Source of the DNA: an uncultured Bacilli bacterium
GTDB taxonomy: Bacteria > Bacillota_I > Bacilli_A > RF39 > UBA660
DNA: 64,000 bases
Assembly (NCBI GenBank): GCA_934102215.1
Contig: CAKOSH010000008.1
Coordinates: 16,285 to 80,284, forward strand
Direction: 5' to 3'
This document shows positions 28,762-37,875 of the stretch, in pieces; position 1 is the stretch's first letter; every line of letters starts with the position of its first letter. The notes under the pieces are model-generated. The model made no database searches. It was not told where the DNA came from and worked only from the letters and a program-made list of their open reading frames with translations. The position numbers were made by a program, and so were the translations under genes.

Positions 28762-28865
28762 ATCTTACCACCTGTCACCATTTTACTCTATTTTATTTTT
28801 AAATACAACACTTTATATTTTTTATATTAGGTTAATAATTTTTTATAATTTGTGTGAACGCATTA

Positions 28866-29414
28866 TTATATTGTTTGAATTATATTTTTAATTATTAAAT
28901 TTATTGATTCAATTACATAGTTATAATTATTTTTGTTTATTTCATTTATAATTTCACCTGTATCAATATTTATTCTTTTTAGTATTTCTTCATTTAATTT
29001 TGCATTGTCATAAACTAGCATTATTGATTTTATACTTTCTATAAAATTTGAAGCAATTTTTATGTTTAACATAGACTTATTCTTTTCGTTTATTTTATTA
29101 ACAAACGAAAGTGTTGATTTTTTTATTACATCAGTTGAGCATTTATTATTTACGTATTCTTGTATAATTTCTTCATATTTTTTTAGCATATATCTATATT
29201 TATTTATTATTTCAAAATTTATATCAATCATATTGTTTACTAAATTTTCTTCTAACTTTCTAGAAATGATAGTGCTATTTACAACAATTTTATATTTTTG
29301 AAAAATATGCATAATTCTTGTCGATAATCTATTTTGAAATCCAATTGTTAAAAAATTATTTTCTTTTATTACTTTGTCTGAATTTTCGTTAACTTCTTTT
29401 ATTACACTTTTCAT
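28866..29414 (-). CDS. Hypothetical protein
   Basis: ORF only; helical and N/I/K-rich. Confidence 0.3.
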   Translation of the reverse strand: MKSVIKEVNENSDKVIKENNFLTIGFQNRLSTRIMHIFQKYKIVVNSTIISRKLEENLVNNMIDINFEIINKYRYMLKKYEEIIQEYVNNKCSTDVIKKSTLSFVNKINEKNKSMLNIKIASNFIESIKSIMLVYDNAKLNEEILKRINIDTGEIINEINKNNYNYVIESINLIIKNIIQTI

Positions 29415-29560
29415 ATACTATATTTTATCATTATTGTATCTTTTTTAATAGTGTTATTCTTTGACTTATTTAATTTTATTTACATCACATTTACATTTTT
29501 GCATTTTTTGAAGTGTTTTGCAACTTTATCGCAAATAATAATATTAGGAGGAAAGAAAAT

Positions 29561-30334
29561 ATGTTAGAAAAAATTAATTATTTAAAAACTCAATTCGAAA
29601 ATGTAAAGGCATTAGGATATATTAAATGTGAGTACAAAGACTTAGGAGGACCAGGAAGAATGCTTGAAAAATTATTAATTAATAAAACACCAGACAGTTC
29701 AAGAGAAGCAGATTTTGATGGAATAGAACTTAAAACTATATGTGATAATAGTAAATATAGATTAACATTATTTAGTTTAATTCCCAATGTTGGTAATTAT
29801 GATTTTAAAGAAAAAATGCAGTACTTTTTAAACTTTTCTAATGCTTCATGTAGGAATAATTGCAATAGTAATGCAAAAAGTATTATTGAAATGCCACATT
29901 TTTATTTAACTCTTTTTGGCAAGCGTGTTTCTTATTTATATGGTACTTATAAATTTTATTTAACATTTGATGATAAAAACAAGATACTTTATCTTAACTG
30001 GAAAAACATTTTAACTGGATATGTAGATAAAAGTATTTATTGGGAATATTCAAAAATCATTTCAACATTCAGTAAGAAGTTAAAATATCTTTCTTTAGTT
30101 AGATATAGCAAGTATTTAAAAAATAGCTTTATTTTTTGTAGATACCATTCTATTGAATTTTATGAAAATATTGATGAAAATTTAGTTATGGACTTATTAA
30201 AAAAAGGTATAATTTCTATTTCTTTCAATATTAGTTCAAAATATGATAGTATTGAAAATAATTTATTTTATTATCATGGTACTAGATTCGAAATTAATGC
30301 TGAAAATTTATGTTTTTTATATAAAAAATTGTAA
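29561..30334 (+). CDS. MvaI/BcnI-like (MutH/Sau3AI superfamily) PD-(D/E)xK endonuclease, no adjacent methyltransferase
   Basis: GGPGRMLEKLL followed by EADFDGIELKT matches the D...ExK catalytic block (compare MutH DFAALGVELKT). ATG at 29561 follows AGGAGGAAAG. Confidence 0.6.
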   Translation: MLEKINYLKTQFENVKALGYIKCEYKDLGGPGRMLEKLLINKTPDSSREADFDGIELKTICDNSKYRLTLFSLIPNVGNYDFKEKMQYFLNFSNASCRNNCNSNAKSIIEMPHFYLTLFGKRVSYLYGTYKFYLTFDDKNKILYLNWKNILTGYVDKSIYWEYSKIISTFSKKLKYLSLVRYSKYLKNSFIFCRYHSIEFYENIDENLVMDLLKKGIISISFNISSKYDSIENNLFYYHGTRFEINAENLCFLYKKL

Positions 30335-30339
30335 TATAA

Positions 30340-30370
30340 AAAAGTCTTAAAAAATTTTTAAGACTTTTAT
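30340..30370 (+). terminator. Rho-independent terminator after the endonuclease gene
   Basis: AGTCTTAAAAA-A-TTTTTAAGACT perfect palindrome followed by TTTAT. Confidence 0.6.
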
Positions 30371-30381
30371 AATTAGATGTC

Positions 30382-30405
30382 AAATAAAAACTCCTAAAAT
30401 AGGAG
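30382..30405 (-). terminator. Terminator-like hairpin ending the tRNA operon
   Basis: Reverse strand CTCCTA-TTT-TAGGAG followed by TTTTTATTT, 12 nt after tRNA-Pro. Confidence 0.5.
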
Positions 30406-30417
30406 CTCATAATCCAA

Positions 30418-30494
30418 TGGTCGGGAAGACAGGATTTGAACCTGCAACCCCTTGGTCCCAAACCAAATGCTCTACCAAGTTGAGCCACTTCCCG
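30418..30494 (-). tRNA. tRNA-Pro (UGG)
   Basis: Manual cloverleaf: CGGGAAG acceptor, anticodon loop TTTGGGA, TTCAAAT T-loop, encoded CCA. Confidence 0.9.
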
Positions 30495-30500
30495 ATTTAA

Positions 30501-30577
30501 TGGTGCGCCCAATAGGAGTCGAACCCATAACCTTTTGATCCGTAGTCAAATGCTCTATCCAATTGAGCTATGAGCGC
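30501..30577 (-). tRNA. tRNA-Arg (ACG)
   Basis: Acceptor GCGCTCA, anticodon loop CTACGGA, T-loop TTCGACT, encoded CCA. Confidence 0.9.
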
Positions 30578-30642
30578 GTTTAAAATCCCGTCGGAATCGC
30601 TTTACAACATGTTTGTTGCATTTGTAATCTGTTTTAACAAAA

Positions 30643-30718
30643 TGGTGGCTTCAGTTGGAATCGAACCAACGACACCAAGATTTTCAGTCTTGTGCTCTGC
30701 CAACTGAGCTATGAAGCC
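30643..30718 (-). tRNA. tRNA-Phe (GAA)
   Basis: Acceptor GGCTTCA, anticodon loop CTGAAAA, T-loop TTCGATT, encoded CCA. Confidence 0.9.
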
Positions 30719-30721
30719 ATA

Positions 30722-30797
30722 TGGCGGTTCCGACGGGACTTGAACCCGCGATCCCTCGCGTGACAGGCGAGTGTGATAACCACTACACCACGGAACC
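30722..30797 (-). tRNA. tRNA-Asp (GUC)
   Basis: Acceptor GGTTCCG, anticodon loop CTGTCAC, discriminator G, encoded CCA. Confidence 0.9.
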
Positions 30798-30799
30798 AA

Positions 30800-30876
<77 letters not shown>

Positions 30877-30921
30877 ATAACAATTTTTCATCGCTTTTTT
30901 AATTTTTGATGATTATTTAAG

Positions 30922-31014
30922 TGGCGGAGGAAAAGGGATTCGAACCCCTGCGCCGATTTCTCGACCTCCCGGTTTTCAAGACCGGTCCCTTCAACCAGAC
31001 TTGGGTATTCCTCC
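30922..31014 (-). tRNA. tRNA-Ser (UGA)
   Basis: Anticodon loop CTTGAAA, long variable arm, encoded CCA. Confidence 0.9.
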
Positions 31015-31023
31015 TTATTCAAA

Positions 31024-31112
31024 TGGTGCCTCAGATCGGACTTGAACCGATATGAGCTTTTACACTCGCAGGATTTTAAGTCCTGTGCGTCTACCTATTC
31101 CGCCACTGAGGC
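31024..31112 (-). tRNA. tRNA-Leu (UAA)
   Basis: Anticodon loop CTTAAAA, long variable arm, encoded CCA. Confidence 0.9.
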
Positions 31113-31120
31113 ACAATATA

Positions 31121-31196
31121 TGGTGTCTCGCTGGGGATTCGAACCCCAGACCCCTTGATTAAAAGTCAAGTGCTCTACCGGCTGAGCTAGCGAGAC
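31121..31196 (-). tRNA. tRNA-Lys (UUU)
   Basis: Acceptor GTCTCGC, anticodon loop CTTTTAA, encoded CCA. Confidence 0.9.
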
Positions 31197-31208
31197 ATAT
31201 AACAAATT

Positions 31209-31284
31209 TGGTTGCCTCGGCTGGATTCGAACCAGCGGAATGCAAGAGTCAAAGTCTTGTGCCTTACCACTTGGCTACGAGGCA
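31209..31284 (-). tRNA. tRNA-Gln (UUG)
   Basis: U1-A72 acceptor TGCCTCG, anticodon loop CTTTGAC, encoded CCA. Confidence 0.9.
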
Positions 31285-31294
31285 AAATTACAAG

Positions 31295-31378
31295 TGGTGG
31301 AGAGAGGTGGATTCGAACCACCGAACCCGAAGGAACAGATTTACAGTCTGCCGCGTTTAGCCTCTTCGCTATCTCTCC
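31295..31378 (-). tRNA. tRNA-Tyr (GUA)
   Basis: Anticodon loop CTGTAAA, long variable arm (bacterial Tyr type), encoded CCA. Confidence 0.9.
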
Positions 31379-31381
31379 ATA

Positions 31382-31457
<76 letters not shown>

Positions 31458-31463
31458 AAATCA

Positions 31464-31540
31464 TGGTGGGCGATGAGAGACTCGAACTCCCGACCCCCTG
31501 CTTGTAAGGCAGATGCTCTAACCAACTGAGCTAATCGCCC
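31464..31540 (-). tRNA. tRNA-Val (UAC)
   Basis: Acceptor GGGCGAT, anticodon loop CTTACAA, encoded CCA. Confidence 0.9.
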
Positions 31541-31565
31541 ATAATTTTCCTTGCTGACGCATATA

Positions 31566-31594
31566 AATATATCATTTATTGAATTGGTTGTCAA
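31566..31594 (-). promoter_or_regulatory. Sigma-A promoter of the 12-tRNA operon
   Basis: Reverse strand TTGACA-17 nt-TATATT, about 25 nt upstream of tRNA-Val, followed by a GC-containing discriminator (GCGTCAGC). Confidence 0.6.
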
Positions 31595-31600
31595 GTGATA

Positions 31601-31954
31601 TTATTGCTTTTTTTCTAATTCTTTTGTTTTTTTATTAATCCACAATGGTAATTGCTTAAAAAGCGGTTCAAATCCTAGTTTTGTTTCCTTTATTTTTTTT
31701 ATTGGCTTTTTTTGATACTTAATTTTTTTTAATGATAATTTCACTTGCAATTTATCTTCATCTATTGATATTACTTTTACTTTTATTAAATCACCTATTT
31801 TAAATTTTTTTTCCAAATCAACTATATATTTATTAGAAACCTCTGATATATGAATCATTCCTGTATAATGATCTTGTAAGCTAACAAAAACGCCATATTT
31901 TGTTACTCCTGTAATTTGTCCCTCAACTATTTTATTTACTTCTATTTTGTCCAT
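31601..31954 (-). CDS. S1 RNA-binding domain protein (YugI/GSP13-like)
   Basis: VEGQITGVTKYGVFVSL...GMIHISEVS...GDLIKVKVISID is an S1 fold signature, followed by a basic tail. Confidence 0.75.
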   Translation of the reverse strand: MDKIEVNKIVEGQITGVTKYGVFVSLQDHYTGMIHISEVSNKYIVDLEKKFKIGDLIKVKVISIDEDKLQVKLSLKKIKYQKKPIKKIKETKLGFEPLFKQLPLWINKKTKELEKKQ

Positions 31955-32038
31955 TTTTATCACTTCAAGAATATTATATCATGATTAGTATATATTGTAA
32001 ATTTATAAAATTACCACTAACAAATTGCTTTTTTGAAA

Positions 32039-32980
32039 CTACAAGCATATATTAATCCAGTATAAATCTGATATTCCATTTAAATTTTCTTTTTTTCTTA
32101 TATATATATAATTCATTAATTCTAAAAAAATATTATTATTAATAATATATTTATTTAAACAGGCTTCTTTTTTTATTTCTTTTATAATTTTCATAACGTC
32201 ATTTAAATAATAATTTGGATATAACAAATAACAATATAATAGTCCAATGTCTATTTTTTCGTCGTTTATAATTTTTTCAATTTCCTCATAATTGATTGTT
32301 CCCTTATATATATTGTACTTTATATAATTGCTTATACTTTTTTCTTTGCAAATGTATTCGAAATTTAATGGATTATTTAATTCTTCATAATTATACCTAT
32401 CTATGTCATCAATATTTGCTTTTAATTCTAATTTGCCTTTTTCATGGCTTTTTTTAAGCAATTGCGCACAATTTTCAGCTACTCCTATGAAGTAGTCAAC
32501 CGTTTTTTGAATCAATGTATATTCCTTGTTAAATTCAATAATTTTTTCTTCTATTTCATCAATATTTTTTTCTTCTAGATTACTAATATTATTTTCTATA
32601 TCACCAGTAATATTATTTTCTTCTAAATTATCAATTGTTATTTTTTTGTTAATTACATTAATTTTTAAAAGTACATAATTATTATTCTTATATTTTGTTA
32701 TAAATTCATCTTTTTTATTTTTCAATACTGTACTTATATTTTTATTCAGATTTGTAAAATATTTTACTATTATTTTTATGTTTTTTTCTTTTTCATTCAA
32801 TTGTGAATTATTTACTCTATTTATTGTTACTTTAGTATCATCTATAAAAAAATATATATTTCCTTTTTTACTATATATTTTATCAGGAAATAAATCATAA
32901 TACTGACTCAGCATATTTTTCATTCTAAACCCACTCCATAATAATTTTATGCACATAAAAAACAATAATGTATTTTTCAT
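32039..32980 (-). CDS. Hypothetical protein (start uncertain)
   Basis: ORF only. Several in-frame ATGs near the N-terminus. Confidence 0.3.
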   Translation of the reverse strand: MKNTLLFFMCIKLLWSGFRMKNMLSQYYDLFPDKIYSKKGNIYFFIDDTKVTINRVNNSQLNEKEKNIKIIVKYFTNLNKNISTVLKNKKDEFITKYKNNNYVLLKINVINKKITIDNLEENNITGDIENNISNLEEKNIDEIEEKIIEFNKEYTLIQKTVDYFIGVAENCAQLLKKSHEKGKLELKANIDDIDRYNYEELNNPLNFEYICKEKSISNYIKYNIYKGTINYEEIEKIINDEKIDIGLLYCYLLYPNYYLNDVMKIIKEIKKEACLNKYIINNNIFLELMNYIYIRKKENLNGISDLYWINICL

Positions 32981-32994
32981 TATTGTTTTTTGTT

Positions 32995-33861
32995 TTACAT
33001 ATGCATTACCGGTGTACTATAGTTTTCATTTTCATTATATGGCATATCATTTGTATATTGTGTGCTAAAATTTGGTTCGTTTACATAGCTTGTTGTCATT
33101 TCATCAACACCTGTATTATTCTTCCCTTTTTTTTGTTCAAGATATTGTTCTATTTTTTCTAGTATTCTATTATTTTTTTCTATATCAGCCTTTATATAAT
33201 CTTTTAATAATTCTATAAGTTCTTCATGGTCATCATTTTGACTATAATTTTGATCATTTTCATTTGTTGAAAGCATTGGTGGCTCATTAAGTGAGGCAAA
33301 TGATGGCATGTTTTGATAAGAGTCGTTTGTTTGAGGTAAATCTAATTGTGGTGGTTCAACATTTTGTGGTTGTATTTCTGATGAAGGTGCAAATTGTTGT
33401 TGTGGCATACTATCATACGAAATTGTTTGCATTGGAATTGTAGAATCCACATATGGCTGTGTTACAATTTGTTGACCTGATAACCCTTCTTGCAATACAT
33501 TGCTGGTTGTTTGTGAGTATGGTGTATTATTTCCTACTAATGTATTTAAACTTTGTGGATTAGCCACTTGAACAGGAATGCTTTCTGTAGGCATTTGACT
33601 TGCTTGTTGTGGAAATATTCCTTGATTATATTGTGCTTGTGTAGTAGTTCCTATTGCATCAGGTCCTAGAACTTTTTCAGCTGTTTGAACTACGGTTTCA
33701 GGAATAGTGAATGCACTTGTTTTTGATAATGGTGCTTCTTGTGTAGCTGTTGGAATTACTGTATTTGATGCAACTCCGATTATTCTTACACTTGAATTGT
33801 ATCCTGGAGTCATAACTACACTTGATTTAATTACATTTTCTTTTTCATTTGTTAATGTCAT
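32995..33861 (-). CDS. Q/P/T-rich low-complexity (likely disordered) protein
   Basis: About 200 aa of Q/P/T/S-rich sequence plus a short helical C-terminal segment (ELIELLKDYIKADIEKNNRILEKIEQYLEQ). Confidence 0.4.
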   Translation of the reverse strand: MTLTNEKENVIKSSVVMTPGYNSSVRIIGVASNTVIPTATQEAPLSKTSAFTIPETVVQTAEKVLGPDAIGTTTQAQYNQGIFPQQASQMPTESIPVQVANPQSLNTLVGNNTPYSQTTSNVLQEGLSGQQIVTQPYVDSTIPMQTISYDSMPQQQFAPSSEIQPQNVEPPQLDLPQTNDSYQNMPSFASLNEPPMLSTNENDQNYSQNDDHEELIELLKDYIKADIEKNNRILEKIEQYLEQKKGKNNTGVDEMTTSYVNEPNFSTQYTNDMPYNENENYSTPVMHM

Positions 33862-33869
33862 TTTTTCAC

Positions 33870-34124
33870 CTAACTTTCTACTATTTGTTTCATGGCTTCC
33901 TTAACTTTTTGCCATGTTGTATCATCCTCAATGCCTATTAAACTATATACTCCTGGTTCATTTTCCACAAACTCTGATATGTAAATTTTACTCATTCCTT
34001 CTCCAGCACTTTCACCCTTTGAAAGTATAACAAATCTTTTATTTAATTCATTAATTTTGAATGCATTTACTAAGTCTACTTCTTCCATAGTACCATCCAT
34101 ATTTTTTATTGATATTCTACTCAT
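33870..34124 (-). CDS. DUF1292-like small acidic protein
   Basis: The pattern NMDGTMEEVDLVNAF...FVIL...IEDDTTWQKVKEAM fits DUF1292. Confidence 0.5.
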   Translation of the reverse strand: MSRISIKNMDGTMEEVDLVNAFKINELNKRFVILSKGESAGEGMSKIYISEFVENEPGVYSLIGIEDDTTWQKVKEAMKQIVES

Positions 34125-34328
34125 ACTCTTACCCTTTCTATCTTATTTTATTTTAACATAATTTTTCTTTAATATCAATCGCTTTATTTCTATTTTGAGT
34201 TTTATTTCAATTAAATTGTAAATATTCAAATTGTTAATTTTTCTCATGAATATATTTTATATGTTTTTTAATTCAAACTATAATGCTTAATTTTTTATTA
34301 TTATTTTTTGATTTTTTACAGTACGATA

Positions 34329-34628
34329 TTATTTTTCTTCTTGCGATATTTTTTCTAATACAAAATATTTGCATTCATATGCACAGTTTTCTTTTAAATA
34401 TTTTTCTAAATTACAATAATTATTAAATTTATTACAATTTTTATTATTTTTACTATTAAATCCTTTTAATCTTAATTTTGAATATGCAATGTCACCTACA
34501 ATATAATCATAGTCTTTATAAAATGATGTATATTTACTTAAAAATTTTTCTTTGTCAAAACCATCTCTGTAATTTTTTATTAATTTATATTTATTTCCTT
34601 CTACTTCAATTATCATTTTTGCTTTCAA
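34329..34628 (-). CDS. yutD: YutD-like protein (DUF1027)
   Basis: YKLIKNYRDGFDKEKFLSKY...YDYIVGDIAYSKLRLKGF...CAYECKYFVL closely parallels B. subtilis YutD. Confidence 0.8.
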   Translation of the reverse strand: MKAKMIIEVEGNKYKLIKNYRDGFDKEKFLSKYTSFYKDYDYIVGDIAYSKLRLKGFNSKNNKNCNKFNNYCNLEKYLKENCAYECKYFVLEKISQEEK

Positions 34629-34923
34629 TTATATTTTATTATATAGTTTTTCTTTCTTAACTATATAATCTTGTTATAATCAATTTCCTTTCTTAATTTC
34701 TATTTTTATTATATCATTTATAGTTTTAGTTGTAAATTAATGATAAGTTTTTCGAAAGAATTAGTGTAGATACTTATTCATGTCATAATTGCTGCAATTT
34801 CTATATTTTTTTAGTTTATTTTCTTATGATAATATATTTTGCATGATTTTTTTAGTTAAATAAGTTAACAATGCTCAATTCTATTTATTATTTTTTATAT
34901 CTTAAGCGTATATTTTACGTATA

Positions 34924-35649
34924 TCAAGTTGTCTTATTGCTTATTATTCCTCCATAATATGTTGGTATTTTTCCTTGAATAACTTTTGTTTTTAGTGGCA
35001 CATTACTTTCTATTACTATATTTTTTGATGAAAAAGGCAAAATTATTTGGATATTTATTTTCATATTCAATATTACCTCTACAAGTGAATTGTTGATTCC
35101 ATATTCTTTTATATTTGTAATAACATTTGTTTTTACATTTCCCAAAACATCAAGTTTAAATGGAACTTTTGGCCCTATTCCAACTAATATTGGTACATCG
35201 TAAATTATCGACATTGGTACTTCATAAATTATATCTATTTTATCATCATAATATTTTTCTGTTAAACTATTTTTCTTATTTTCTTCTAATTTTTTCAAAT
35301 TTTTTTGAATATTTTTACTTATTTTTAATTCAATTTCATTTATTTTAACATTATTAAAATCTAAGCTTATTATTTCATTATTTTGATTCTTTTCTAAATT
35401 TATTATGTCTTCAACATTTGCATCAATAATTATTTCTTCAAGTGCGTTGTTTACTAGTAATTGAGATAATTCTTTAGATTTATTTTCTGCATAATTTAGT
35501 AATATTTTTTCACTTTTAATTGTAAACACTTTTAACATAATATAAGATATAATCAAAACAATTATCATTATAAGTAATATAATATCACTACCAGTAATAT
35601 TTTTATATTTTTTCAATCTAATTTTTTGCTTTTTTAAATTTAATTTCAT
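34924..35649 (-). CDS. yunB: Sporulation protein YunB
   Basis: GIGPKVPFKLDVLGNVKTNVITNIKEYGINNSLVEVILNMKINIQIILPFSSKNIVIESNVPLKTKVIQGKIPTYYGG aligns by eye with B. subtilis YunB (GPKIPVRFNLIG...YGINNALIDI...IIPFASKTAVV...VQGEVPQFYNG). Confidence 0.85.
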   Translation of the reverse strand: MKLNLKKQKIRLKKYKNITGSDIILLIMIIVLIISYIMLKVFTIKSEKILLNYAENKSKELSQLLVNNALEEIIIDANVEDIINLEKNQNNEIISLDFNNVKINEIELKISKNIQKNLKKLEENKKNSLTEKYYDDKIDIIYEVPMSIIYDVPILVGIGPKVPFKLDVLGNVKTNVITNIKEYGINNSLVEVILNMKINIQIILPFSSKNIVIESNVPLKTKVIQGKIPTYYGGIISNKTT

Positions 35650-35782
35650 TATTATATTATATAAAAAAAATACACTGATATACTTATTCGTACCCGATGT
35701 ATTTTTAATTTATTGATAGTAAATACTAATAAAATTGTAAAAACATATCATAGTTATGTAAATTATTTAATTTTCAAATTTA

Positions 35783-36760
35783 TTATTTAATTATATTCCA
35801 ATCTAATAAGAAATTTAAAATCAAAAATATTGTCGCAAGTAGCATTAATATTATTAATGTAATTGCGATTTTTGCAAAAACATTTCCTTTTTTTGATTTC
35901 TTTTCTAAATCTTCAAATCCTTCAAAATCTGTTTTGTTAAATGATAATGAATTTGTATAGAAAGATTTATCTGCAACTATGTTATCTTGTTCTTGACTGT
36001 TTTTTTCCAAATTTTGTTGATTTGATTCGTCATTCATTTCTGCTTCATTGGTTATTTTGACTTGTGTGTCATCATTTAGTGAATCTTTAATTGTTTCTAA
36101 ATCTTTTGTTATGCTTAATAGAGCTTCTTTAATATTTTCTTTATTTGCGTCTTCGTTGTATATTGGAGCCATAACTACTGTATTTTCACTTTTTCCCATT
36201 AATTCGCCAAACAAATCTTCTGTTTCTTCTTTTTTTGTTCCATTTGTTCCTTGTGTGTTATTATTTTGAATATTTTGAATTAATTCTACTATTGTTTTTT
36301 CTTGCGTGTTTAGTTCATCTATTGGAGCAGTTTTGTCTTCATCTGTACTTTCTTCTTTTATTTGAATGCTTTTTAATATATCATATCCATTTGAATTTAA
36401 TTTTCTATGACGTTCTAGTTCATAATCAGTTTCTCTTTTCCCTCTTGCTCTTTCTAATACTGAATTTATATCATAATCTTTTTCAACTTTTTCTTTTACT
36501 TCTTCTTTTTGTTCCTCTGGTAACTCTATTGAGATTCTTTTTTTATGTTCAGCACTATCGTCATTCATATTTTCAATATATTTTTTTATTTTTTCTATAT
36601 CGATTTCTTTTGATGCATCAGCAATAACACTAACGTTGGTGTTAGTTTTTATGCGCGATAATTCACTCATATCGCTTACATTGTATATGTCTTGATTTCG
36701 CCTTGTTCTGCTCATGCTTTCAAGTGAATTGTTTTCATATTTTTCCATCCTAGTACTCAT
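35783..36760 (-). CDS. Acidic protein with C-terminal membrane anchor, unknown function
   Basis: C-terminal TM FAKIAITLIILMLLATIFLILNFLL. Start at MSTRMEKY is chosen after a GGTGA-like RBS and is uncertain. Confidence 0.35.
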   Translation of the reverse strand: MSTRMEKYENNSLESMSRTRRNQDIYNVSDMSELSRIKTNTNVSVIADASKEIDIEKIKKYIENMNDDSAEHKKRISIELPEEQKEEVKEKVEKDYDINSVLERARGKRETDYELERHRKLNSNGYDILKSIQIKEESTDEDKTAPIDELNTQEKTIVELIQNIQNNNTQGTNGTKKEETEDLFGELMGKSENTVVMAPIYNEDANKENIKEALLSITKDLETIKDSLNDDTQVKITNEAEMNDESNQQNLEKNSQEQDNIVADKSFYTNSLSFNKTDFEGFEDLEKKSKKGNVFAKIAITLIILMLLATIFLILNFLLDWNIIK

Positions 36761-36876
36761 ATTTTTCACCATTTTAATAATATCACATTTAATGACTAAA
36801 TTCAATAAATTATGCTTTACAAGTATCTAGCATTTTTTTGATTTTTTTTATATAATTTTTATGAAGGAGATAGAAA

Positions 36877-37089
36877 ATGGAAAAAATTAAAGTAAATGAC
36901 ACATGTATTGGATGTGGTTTATGTGTTAGTCAATGCGAAAAATATTTTGAATTCAATGATGAAGGAATGAGTCATGCAAAGGATATTGAGCTTAAAGAGG
37001 AAGACAAAAAAGAGGTTCTTAATATTATTGAAAGTTGTCCTGTTGGAGCTATCGTTGTTGAAGAAGAAACAAAAAACGCTGAAAATTAA
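36877..37089 (+). CDS. Small 4Fe-4S ferredoxin
   Basis: CIGCGLCVSQC ... CPVGAI cluster ligands. GGAGA RBS. Confidence 0.8.
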   Translation: MEKIKVNDTCIGCGLCVSQCEKYFEFNDEGMSHAKDIELKEEDKKEVLNIIESCPVGAIVVEEETKNAEN

Positions 37090-37126
37090 TTAATTTAAAA
37101 AAACATGATATCTGATTGTCATGTTT

Positions 37127-37849
37127 TTATTTGTGAAAATTTACATAATTATATAATTGCTTTACTTCTTTTACTGAAAGAGTTCTATATTCACCAATGC
37201 TTAATCCTCTTAAATCTAGGAAAGCATAATTTGTTCTTTTTAATTTTAAAACTCTGTGACCTAAACTTGCGAACATATTTTTTACTTGGTGATTTCTTCC
37301 CTCTGTTATTGTTAATTCAACATAAGATTTTTGATTTTTCTTATCAACTTTTTCGATTTTTGCCCTTGCTTTTTTAGTTTTTATTCCATCTAACACTACT
37401 CCATTTTCTAATGTTTTAATCTCTGCTGGAGTTATAATTCCATCTATTTTTGCATAATAAGTTTTTTCAACGTGACCATGTGGATGTGTTAGTTTATTTG
37501 TAAGTTCACCATCATTTGTAATTAATAATAAGCCTGTTGTGTCATAGTCTAATCTTCCAACTGGAAATACTTTTTCTTCTGTATCAATCAAATCTATAAC
37601 TGTCGTTCTATTTTTTTCATCTTTTACTGAGCAAATTGTTTTTTCAGGCTTATAAAGTAAATAATATAGTTTTTCTTTTCTAATAACATCAACGTCGTCT
37701 ACTGATATTTTATCTTTTTCACTTACTTTATAACCAAGTTCTGTAATTTTAATTCCATTAACTTTTACTTTACCGTGTAATATCAATTCTTCACATTTTC
37801 TTCTTGAATCAACACCACATGAGCTTAAATATTTTTGCAATCTTTCCAT
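37127..37849 (-). CDS. rluB: Pseudouridine synthase, RsuA/RluB family
   Basis: S4 domain (MERLQKYLSSCGVDSRRKCEELI) and catalytic GRLDYDTTGLLL. Start reassigned to ATG 37849. Confidence 0.85.
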   Translation of the reverse strand: MERLQKYLSSCGVDSRRKCEELILHGKVKVNGIKITELGYKVSEKDKISVDDVDVIRKEKLYYLLYKPEKTICSVKDEKNRTTVIDLIDTEEKVFPVGRLDYDTTGLLLITNDGELTNKLTHPHGHVEKTYYAKIDGIITPAEIKTLENGVVLDGIKTKKARAKIEKVDKKNQKSYVELTITEGRNHQVKNMFASLGHRVLKLKRTNYAFLDLRGLSIGEYRTLSVKEVKQLYNYVNFHK

Positions 37850-37875
37850 AAAAACACCAAAGTCATTATACCCTA

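Noticed and set aside
28321-30334. The PH-domain gene, the hypothetical 182-aa gene and the endonuclease were considered as a three-gene defence system.
   Set aside because: The PH-domain gene overlaps and is co-oriented with the housekeeping carboxypeptidase gene. The endonuclease is on the opposite strand with its own RBS and terminator. Nothing in the sequence links them functionally.
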